64,000 nt of DNA from an uncultured Methanosarcinales archaeon (lineage in GTDB: Archaea > Nanobdellota > Nanobdellia > Woesearchaeales > ARS49), in contig CAYHOF010000005.1 in NCBI GenBank assembly GCA_964358315.1, positions 19,354-83,353 on the forward strand. Reading direction: 5' to 3'. Under the pieces are notes generated by a model. It was given only the letters and a program-made list of their open reading frames with translations. It was not told where the DNA came from and ran no database searches. The translations under genes were made by a program, and so were the position numbers. Shown in pieces: positions 57,410-64,000 of this stretch (the first letter of the stretch is position 1; the number at the start of each line of letters is the position of its first letter).

Positions 57410-58555
57410 CTACTTCTTCAACAAATTCTTGCCGATCGCCACGTAGATTTCGCGCAGCTTCTCGATATCAACCAAGCGGACAAACTCGTCGACGCCATGC
57501 ATGTTGCCCTGCGGCACGCCGACCTCAAGCACAGGAATGCCTGCTGCCGCGAAGAAGCGCGCGTCCGACGTGCCGCCATCACAGCTGTACGCTGGTCGAA
57601 TACCAGTCACTTTCCCGATGCTCCTCGACACCAATTCCCTGAATACGTTGTCGGTAGTGTGGAAGTGAGGCGTGGATTTGGTGATCTCCAGCTCATACGA
57701 AGGGACGTGCTCATCAAGCGTCATACGGAGCTTCGTCTCGAACTGTGCCGCAGATGTCTCTGGGCACAGACGCGCATCGAAGCGCAGCGTCGCGCTGCCT
57801 GGCACGACATTATAACTGCCATCGCCGCCTGACAAGTACGTCACGTTGCACGTTGATGGCGGGAAGTCCGCGTTGCCCTGGTCTCCGGGCAACGACTGCA
57901 ATGCAGGAAGCAGGCCTCCGACAACACGCATCACATTCAACATATCGTGGGGATCCACGTACGCGGCATGGCCTTGTTTTCCTTTCACCTTGATCTCGCC
58001 CTGCACGACGCCACGACGCCCGACCTTGATCGTGTCGCCCGCGACGCTCTTGCTCGTCGGCTCGCCGCAGATGGCGTAATGGATCTTGTCGTTGTTGCGT
58101 GCGAGAAGCGCAGGCATTCCATCGGAGTACGTCTCCTCGTCGCCTGCGATGAACAATGAGACCTTCATCCCGAGGTCTGCGAGTTCCTTGCCTGCGATGA
58201 TCTGCGCAGCAAGGCCTGACTTCATGTCAGCGGCGCCACGGCCATAGAGAACGTCATCGATGACGGTGGGCGTGAACGGTTTTGTCTTCCATCCCTCACC
58301 CGCTGGCACGACGTCGTAATGGCTGATGAAGGCAAGATGAACATCACCTTTGCCACACTGCGCAAGAAGGTGGTCTCCAGTGATAGAATCACACCTTCCT
58401 CCATCATTGACCCTGTCAACGATGAATCCTGCGTCATGCACCATCCGCTCAAGTCGCTTGATGTCAGCCGGCGAAATGTGCGGCCGGGCAGTGCTCAGCC
58501 CGATCAATCGCTTGGTCAGTTCTACTGGATCGTTTGTTGTTTTGTCCATACTCAT
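57410..58555 (-). CDS. dapE: Succinyl-diaminopimelate desuccinylase (M20 family)
   Basis: HYDVVP, GRGAADMK, GDEE, GEPTS..GDTIKVGRRG, GKQGHAAY, GGTSDARF. Confidence 0.88.
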   Translation of the reverse strand: MSMDKTTNDPVELTKRLIGLSTARPHISPADIKRLERMVHDAGFIVDRVNDGGRCDSITGDHLLAQCGKGDVHLAFISHYDVVPAGEGWKTKPFTPTVIDDVLYGRGAADMKSGLAAQIIAGKELADLGMKVSLFIAGDEETYSDGMPALLARNNDKIHYAICGEPTSKSVAGDTIKVGRRGVVQGEIKVKGKQGHAAYVDPHDMLNVMRVVGGLLPALQSLPGDQGNADFPPSTCNVTYLSGGDGSYNVVPGSATLRFDARLCPETSAAQFETKLRMTLDEHVPSYELEITKSTPHFHTTDNVFRELVSRSIGKVTGIRPAYSCDGGTSDARFFAAAGIPVLEVGVPQGNMHGVDEFVRLVDIEKLREIYVAIGKNLLKK

Positions 58556-59706
58556 TTGATATAGAGTTGTGCGTTCTTGGGCACGTCGGCGAGCGCCGCG
58601 TCTTTTGCGTCTTTCTCGAGCAGCAGGATGCAGCCCACGCCGAACTGCGTTCCTGATCGTAGGTACGTGCCGCTGATAGCTATCCTGCCCGCAGGGATGT
58701 AGGGTATCGCCATGCGCTGGCCGTTGACGTCCATGTAACGCGGTTCGACTTCTTCGTTGGTGCGCAGGTCGAAGATCTTCTTGCCTGACGCCATGACGAC
58801 ACCGCTTGCGATGAGCGCGCCTTCTTCGACGATGCCTGCGACTTCGCAGTTGGCGCCGATCTTGACGTTGTCTTCGATGATGCTTGGCAGCCTGCCCTTG
58901 GGCTCGAGGATGCCTTCAATGCCTGATCCTGCGCCGAGCTTGACACCCCTACCGACTTGCGCGCCGGTCGCGACACGTGCGCCACCATCGACCATGCAGC
59001 CATCCCCGGCGATATACGCACCCACGTTGACGATGCTGCCTGGCATGAGCGTTGTGCCCTTGCCGATGTACGCGCCAACGCGCGCGAAGCAGCCAGGGAT
59101 GAAACGGACGCCTGCTTCTTTGAAGTCCTTCCCTTCCCATTCCTCGGTCTTGAGTGGCACTTTATCATAGAAACCACCAGCCATGACCTGCAAGTCAAAC
59201 GCGGAGAATGCCGCGTTCATCGCATCGATCGCGTACAGTTGCGGCATCCATACTCCTTTGCCTGTGTTGATATCGTGGATCTTCTCTGCGCAACGGATTA
59301 CACCACAGTCAAGAAGCGTCAGAGCCTCCCGTTTCTGCGTCTGCGAAGCTTCTCCACTCATGAGCGAGACGAAGAGTCCGGACGTCGTTGAAAACGGGGT
59401 TACATTGAGCGTCTTTCCCTGATGGTGCGCATGCACCAACAAGTCTATCGACGGGTGCTTGCCAGGGTTCTCGAGCGCCTCGTTGATGAGTGGTTCGAAC
59501 ACCGCGAGCGCGGCATTGATGCCATCAGCAGACAACGTGCCGTTGTTGGTGAAGTTCGCGTATATGCGCAACGAATTTTGCTTGCCAGGGACGTTCGGAA
59601 TGATGCCAACAAGTTTGTTGTCGGCGTACAATCGCATAAGACCGATACCATCTATTGGCCGAACTTTCTTCATGTTCTCCGCGAATGCTTCACTGCTCGT
59701 ACTCAT
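58552..59706 (-). CDS. dapD: DUF2322-like domain fused to tetrahydrodipicolinate N-succinyltransferase
   Basis: N-terminal PGKQNSLRIY...NPGKHPSIDLL; then FYDKVPLK, GVRFIPG..ARVGAYI, VNVGAY, GILEP, IIEDN hexapeptide repeats. Confidence 0.8.
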   Translation of the reverse strand: MSTSSEAFAENMKKVRPIDGIGLMRLYADNKLVGIIPNVPGKQNSLRIYANFTNNGTLSADGINAALAVFEPLINEALENPGKHPSIDLLVHAHHQGKTLNVTPFSTTSGLFVSLMSGEASQTQKREALTLLDCGVIRCAEKIHDINTGKGVWMPQLYAIDAMNAAFSAFDLQVMAGGFYDKVPLKTEEWEGKDFKEAGVRFIPGCFARVGAYIGKGTTLMPGSIVNVGAYIAGDGCMVDGGARVATGAQVGRGVKLGAGSGIEGILEPKGRLPSIIEDNVKIGANCEVAGIVEEGALIASGVVMASGKKIFDLRTNEEVEPRYMDVNGQRMAIPYIPAGRIAISGTYLRSGTQFGVGCILLLEKDAKDAALADVPKNAQLYIK

Positions 59707-60896
59707 TGTCCCACTCCTCCTATGAATGATTGTATCCGTCGCGCGGCTTCGCGCTGTCGTTCCACGTCGTGCACGAGCGCGATGCGCACGTGCTGTTCTG
59801 CTTCAGGATTGGCATATTTTGGCGTGCACAAGTACGCGCCTGGCAACGTCTTGACTCCGGTCTGCACGCATAACTCCTTGGCGAACGTCTCGCCGGTGAA
59901 CCCTTGTGGTGCTTTGAACCAGATGAAGAACGTGCCCATCGAAGGCGTGTACTGTCGTCGGTGGACGATGTCACCGAACTCATTGATTTTCCGCGTGTAG
60001 AGCTCCCGATTCTCTCGTGCATGCTGATCATCAGACCATGCTGCGGCAGACGCCACCTGGATGTAGGTCGGCATGACTTTTCGTTCCAGCATGCGCACGC
60101 GCATGTATTGTTCGATGAGTTTCGGATCGCCTGCCATGAAGCCGGAACGCATGCCGGGCAGGCTGCTGCGCTTCGAGAGGCTGTTGAAGACCAGCACGTT
60201 GCGGAAGTCCTTGACGTCCATATCTTTGGCCACGGTGAGTGCGCTCAACGGACGCCCGGTGCCGTAGACATCAGTATTGAAGATGTCGATGTAGCACTCG
60301 TCCGATGCGAGGATGAAATCATGCTCTTGCGCAAGCGAGATCGCCTTCTCGAGCGTCTCGCGCGACGCATTTGCACCGCACGGATTGTTGGGATAGTTGA
60401 TGAACATCAACGCGGCATCTCTCTGCACGTCGCCACGCATGAACGGCTTGAAGAGAGGCTGATGAATATGCTCCGCTGTCAACGCTTCGAACTCGGTGCG
60501 CATGCCTGCAAGGTCAGCGGCGCCCTCGTATGGTTTGTAGGACGGGGTCTGGAGGACGACAGTGTTCTTGCCTGAGCGGTTCTTCGCAAATAACGGCATC
60601 GAGAAGAGGCCTTCGCCCGAGCCGCAGAGCGCCAGGATGTTCTTTTCGGACAAGGACACGCCAAGGTTTCGCTGCGCGTAGCCCGCGATCGCCTCGGTGA
60701 GCTGCGGGATCTGCCGCGTCTTTGGATAGCTGCCGGCGTACTTGGCCACTGCCTCGTTGTGCGCATCAAGAACGAACCGGGGAGGCGCGTGCTGCGGCTC
60801 GCCGATCGTGCAATCGATATGGTCAGGGTGCGAGACGCCGGCAAAGAGTTTCTGAAGCCGCTCAAAAGGATACACCGCGATAGATTCAAGCCCCAT
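59703..60896 (-). CDS. dapC: N-succinyldiaminopimelate aminotransferase (class I/II PLP)
   Basis: YPFERL, IGEPQH, PNNPCG, ASDECY, NSLSKRSSLPGMRSGF, VRIALV. Confidence 0.85.
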   Translation of the reverse strand: MGLESIAVYPFERLQKLFAGVSHPDHIDCTIGEPQHAPPRFVLDAHNEAVAKYAGSYPKTRQIPQLTEAIAGYAQRNLGVSLSEKNILALCGSGEGLFSMPLFAKNRSGKNTVVLQTPSYKPYEGAADLAGMRTEFEALTAEHIHQPLFKPFMRGDVQRDAALMFINYPNNPCGANASRETLEKAISLAQEHDFILASDECYIDIFNTDVYGTGRPLSALTVAKDMDVKDFRNVLVFNSLSKRSSLPGMRSGFMAGDPKLIEQYMRVRMLERKVMPTYIQVASAAAWSDDQHARENRELYTRKINEFGDIVHRRQYTPSMGTFFIWFKAPQGFTGETFAKELCVQTGVKTLPGAYLCTPKYANPEAEQHVRIALVHDVERQREAARRIQSFIGGVGQ

Positions 60897-60998
60897 CCTG
60901 AAGGGCGCTCATCGAACGCGATTAATAAACATATCTCCTTGGCAGGAGTGAAACGCCAGTCCATAACACATAAGAGCGGCAACCAAAGGCTCGATCGT

Positions 60999-61766
60999 AT
61001 GCGTGTTGAAACATTCTCTGAAGGCAAGCCTGAGGGTTGCAATGAGGACCGCCATGGCTTCAACAACAGGGCACTCGTGGTCGCTGATGGCGTCACCAGT
61101 CTCACGAAGCGCTTGTACGATGGGAAGAGTGGCGGGGAGATCGCCGCCAAGGTAGTGGTGCAGCAATGCATAGCATGTGATGTCGTGGATGTTGATCTTG
61201 TGCAGATACTGACTCAGTCGGTCGACACTGCACACACCATTCTGTCTCCAGACCCTATTGCTGACGATGAACGGTTTGGCGCGGTGTTTGCGTCCGCGCG
61301 TATCAAGGGCGACGTCGTGCACCTGACCTATGTCGGTGATGTGGGCATCCGCATCAACGGACGTGACGTGCTGTGCGAACGACTGAAAGTCGATGACATC
61401 ACAGGACACATGCGGTCACAATACATCGCACTGACAGGCGATGTCGAAGGAAGCCGCGCATGGGTGTCACCGCACATCGCGCAGTTACGCAAGAACGCTA
61501 ACGACCCTACTTCCTTTCTCGGCTACGGCGTCATCGATGGAAGAGCCGTGCCTGCCACGTTCGTCAAGTATGTCGCGTTACCACGAGAGGACGTCAAGAC
61601 CATCGAATTGTTCAGCGACGGGTATTACGTGATACCACAACAGGTCGAGATCGCCGCGTGGGAATGCGCCTATGAACAAGCGCAAAAGGAGGATCCGCAG
61701 CGCTGTCAGAAACACAAGTCGACAAAAGCCAAAGACGACAGGACGATCCTTATCGCGAGATTCTAG
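60999..61766 (+). CDS. PP2C-like phosphatase family protein
   Basis: NED, VVADGVT, VGD, LFSDGY, DDRT. Confidence 0.7.
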   Translation: MRVETFSEGKPEGCNEDRHGFNNRALVVADGVTSLTKRLYDGKSGGEIAAKVVVQQCIACDVVDVDLVQILTQSVDTAHTILSPDPIADDERFGAVFASARIKGDVVHLTYVGDVGIRINGRDVLCERLKVDDITGHMRSQYIALTGDVEGSRAWVSPHIAQLRKNANDPTSFLGYGVIDGRAVPATFVKYVALPREDVKTIELFSDGYYVIPQQVEIAAWECAYEQAQKEDPQRCQKHKSTKAKDDRTILIARF

Positions 61767-61772
61767 AATACA

Positions 61773-62105
61773 TCACTCAGTATTGCAGGTTCGTTCAAGT
61801 ATACAGTATCCTCGTACATGTTCAGATCCTAACGTGTGAGTTTTCAAGTTAATGCCTACAAATTGGATTTTTTGCAGCACCACGTCAGGATCATTTTGAC
61901 TATCACCGTATGCGGTGGTTCCGTATGGGTTCAGGCTGCAAAATATGACATCGCAGTCCTTAGGTATGATCAACTGCGAACTAGGTAACCTCGTCCCTCC
62001 TTCCCACCTATACCCGACATAATCACTTCGCTCCAAGAAAATCCTGACTAAGTCTCCCTGTTTTGCATCTTCCGCCAATTGTTCAAGAGGCCTTAGTAAA
62101 GTCAT
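61773..62105 (-). CDS. Hypothetical protein (AT-richer)
   Basis: ORF directly downstream of tRNA-Arg. Confidence 0.5.
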   Translation of the reverse strand: MTLLRPLEQLAEDAKQGDLVRIFLERSDYVGYRWEGGTRLPSSQLIIPKDCDVIFCSLNPYGTTAYGDSQNDPDVVLQKIQFVGINLKTHTLGSEHVRGYCILERTCNTE

Positions 62106-62158
62106 AGAAGAATTGTTTTTCACGAAATATTTAAGGAAGTATGGTATGAAGAATATAC

Positions 62159-62232
62159 CGGGCCTACGAGGATTTGAACCCCGCTCTGCCGGTCCGAAGC
62201 CGGCCGTACTATCCAGGCTATACTATAGGCCC
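62159..62232 (-). tRNA. tRNA-Arg(TCG)
   Basis: Acceptor GGGCCTA/TAGGCCC, anticodon arm GCCGG-CTTCGGA-CCGGC, T loop TTCAAAT; TTTTAATA box upstream. Confidence 0.95.
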
Positions 62233-62396
62233 ACTGCGACATGCATGAATGCATCCGTATTAAAAGATAGCCGATGATTCTTCGTTTCCCCAGGCTTTTT
62301 GCGTAGCAAAAAGGCTGGTCCTGAAACCGCCGTACTATCCAGGCTATACTATGGGCCCACTGCGACATGCATGAGTGCGTCCGTATTAAAAGATAG
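62203..62396. repeat. 68-bp direct repeat (62203-62270, 62329-62396): tRNA-Arg promoter plus 5' part
   Basis: 65/68 identical; hairpin at 62290-62318 between the copies. Confidence 0.9.
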
Positions 62397-62622
62397 ACGC
62401 TCGTTTCCCAGACTCAACAAAGACAAGGGAGGTGACAATTTGTCCCCACCCTTCAGCTAAGGCAGCGTCTCGACCTCGCATTTTCTTGAGGTAATCAGAA
62501 GGATTGGATGTATCCGTCAGAGCTTGAATGACATCGGTAACGATAAAAAACCACTGATCATTATGCCAGACTCGGCGAATGTTCTTGCCTTCAAACACCA
62601 CGAGCGCGTCTGTCGGTTCCAT
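62386..62622 (-). pseudogene. Truncated BRO-N (antirepressor-like) gene
   Basis: FEGKNIRRVWHNDQWFFIVTDVIQALTD...YLKKMR...WGQIVT, then ends abruptly in the repeat. Confidence 0.7.
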
Positions 62623-62726
62623 ACCACTACACTGAGGCAACCTCGTTTATATAGTGTGCGGGGTGCTGTCCAGTGGTAAGTGCTGTTGCTATTGGCAGGA
62701 TGTGCCAGATTCCTATCCGTACGAAA

Positions 62727-62918
62727 TCACTTCTTCTTCATGAAGATGTGGCTGGCGCTGTAGATGCCGCCGATGCCGAGCAGGAGGTAGAATGCGCGTG
62801 TCGCGCCGCCGAGGAGTGCGAGCACGTCGTAGTTGGTCAGTCCTATGATGCCGAGGTCGAGTGCGGCGATGGTGCACAGGATCCAGGCTATGATGTCGAA
62901 CGTCTTCATTGTTGCCAT
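62727..62918 (-). CDS. DUF378-family small membrane protein
   Basis: DIIAWIL..IAALDLGIIGL..YDVL..LLG..TRAFYLLLGI. Confidence 0.7.
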   Translation of the reverse strand: MATMKTFDIIAWILCTIAALDLGIIGLTNYDVLALLGGATRAFYLLLGIGGIYSASHIFMKKK

Positions 62919-62990
62919 GTATGGTTCACCTCTCTTTTGGTAGCATGGTGAATGAATAGAAATAAAAAGCTTCCTTCGTGTCGCGGGGCC

Positions 62991-63884
62991 ATGCAAGCAA
63001 CCGACGTGATATGGATGGATGGGGCGTTCGTGGCGTGGGACGACGCGAAAGTGCACGTCATCTCGCACGCGTTGCATTATGCGTCGGGCGTGTTCGAGGG
63101 CATCAGGTTTTATGAGACGCCAGAGGGTCCGGCCATCTTCCGCCTGCAGGAGCATATCGATCGTTTGTTCGTCTCCGCGAAGAAAATCGGCATGCAGATC
63201 CCGTTCACGCGGGAACAGTTGGTGCGGGCCACGGTCGAGCTCATCGCGAAGAACAAGGTGGGTTCAGGCTACATCAGGCCGATAGCGTTCTTCGGTTATG
63301 GCGGCATGGGGCTCACGCCCAAAGGCGCTGCGATCAATGTGGCGATCGCGTGCTGGCCTTGGCCTGCGTTCTTGGGCGACAAGCCCATCAAGGTCAAGAC
63401 GTCGTCGTTCATCAGGATCCATCCGAAGTCGACGCACGCGGACGCGAAGATCACGGGCCACTACATCAATTCGTTGTTGGCCGCGCAGGAAGCGCACGCG
63501 GAAGGGTATGATGAGGCGTTGCTTCTTGACTGGGAAGGGTTCGTGGCAGAGGGGCCTGGCGAGAACGTCTTCGCAGTCAAGGACGGCGTGCTGTACACGC
63601 CGCCGCTTGGCGCCATCCTGCCTGGCATCACGCGGGATAGCGTCATCACGATCGCTCGGGACCTCGGCATCGAGGTGCGGCAGATGACGCTCACCCCGCA
63701 GGACCTCAGGAACGCGGAGGAATTGTTCTTCACTGGCACCGCGGTCGAGGTGGCGCCTATCGGCGCGCTTGATGACAAGACGTTCGGGCCCGGGCCGGTC
63801 ACCGCGAGGTTGCGGTCCGTGTATTCTGATGCCGTCCACGGCAAGGCGCAACAGTACCGCCGCTGGCTGACTATCGTCAGATAA
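62991..63884 (+). CDS. ilvE: Branched-chain amino acid aminotransferase
   Basis: HALHYASGVFEG, YIRP, AKITGHY, EGPGEN, LPGITR, GTAVE. Confidence 0.96.
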   Translation: MQATDVIWMDGAFVAWDDAKVHVISHALHYASGVFEGIRFYETPEGPAIFRLQEHIDRLFVSAKKIGMQIPFTREQLVRATVELIAKNKVGSGYIRPIAFFGYGGMGLTPKGAAINVAIACWPWPAFLGDKPIKVKTSSFIRIHPKSTHADAKITGHYINSLLAAQEAHAEGYDEALLLDWEGFVAEGPGENVFAVKDGVLYTPPLGAILPGITRDSVITIARDLGIEVRQMTLTPQDLRNAEELFFTGTAVEVAPIGALDDKTFGPGPVTARLRSVYSDAVHGKAQQYRRWLTIVR

Positions 63885-63934
63885 GCATTTTATACTAGCG
63901 GCGCCTAGAACGGCACAACAAAGGAGGTATTCAT

Positions 63935-64000
63935 ATGGATAATGTCCAGAAGTCGTTCTTGTACTGGGGCATCATCACCCTTGTGGGTTTTGCGCTCACG
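63935..64000 (+). CDS. Membrane protein (3'-partial)
   Basis: GGAGGT SD; MDNVQKSFLYWGIITLVGFAL. Confidence 0.55.
   Translation, partial: MDNVQKSFLYWGIITLVGFALT

Noticed and set aside
62290..62358. Opal-suppressor tRNA (TTCA in the loop of the duplicated 5' part)
   Set aside because: The anticodon stem is imperfect with a 6-nt loop, and there is no T arm or 3' acceptor strand.
62203..62396. DGR template/variable repeat pair (all three mismatches are A versus G)
   Set aside because: Too few differences, all ordinary transitions, non-coding context and no reverse transcriptase in the window.
1..64000. Genome-wide TGA reassignment (code 4 or 25)
   Set aside because: Core genes (ftsZ, argS, sod, alba, rps17e, sufB, sufC) end at TGA at their expected C-termini, often in ATGA overlaps.
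1..64000. CRISPR array or rRNA genes
   Set aside because: No regularly spaced repeat-spacer series and no rRNA-like segment were seen.

Overview
This is an archaeal chromosomal window: it carries TFB, aIF2-gamma, Alba, rpS17e, an intron-containing tRNA and TATA/BRE promoters. Gene content suggests a DPANN, probably Woesearchaeota-like, genome (inference). The left ~16 kb is an element integrated at the 3' end of tRNA-Ser(TGA); its far boundary is not visible. It carries a tyrosine integrase, a Shedu nuclease and an Mza-like defence operon (C5-MTase, GHKL/MORC ATPase, Z1, DUF4420). It also carries a very compact, translationally coupled T4SS-like operon: VirB2 pilin, surface protein, VirB6-like protein, a PrgI-VirB4-PD-(D/E)xK triple fusion and several Cys-rich microproteins, with no separate relaxase or coupling protein in view. 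The rest is backbone mixed with orphan genes: lactate permease, prs, ftsZ, vapBC, PMM/PGM, bcp, sod, a suf operon with a LAGLIDADG intein in sufB, argS, a bacterial-type dapC-dapD-dapE operon, tRNA-Arg(TCG) and ilvE. Oddities include a sigma54-activator AAA+ domain in an archaeon, a 48-bp double-hairpin inserted in frame in MGMT that resembles part of a highly structured intergenic sequence, in-frame TGA codons in two accessory genes, and small direct-repeat scars. All calls come from reading motifs by eye; no searches were run.
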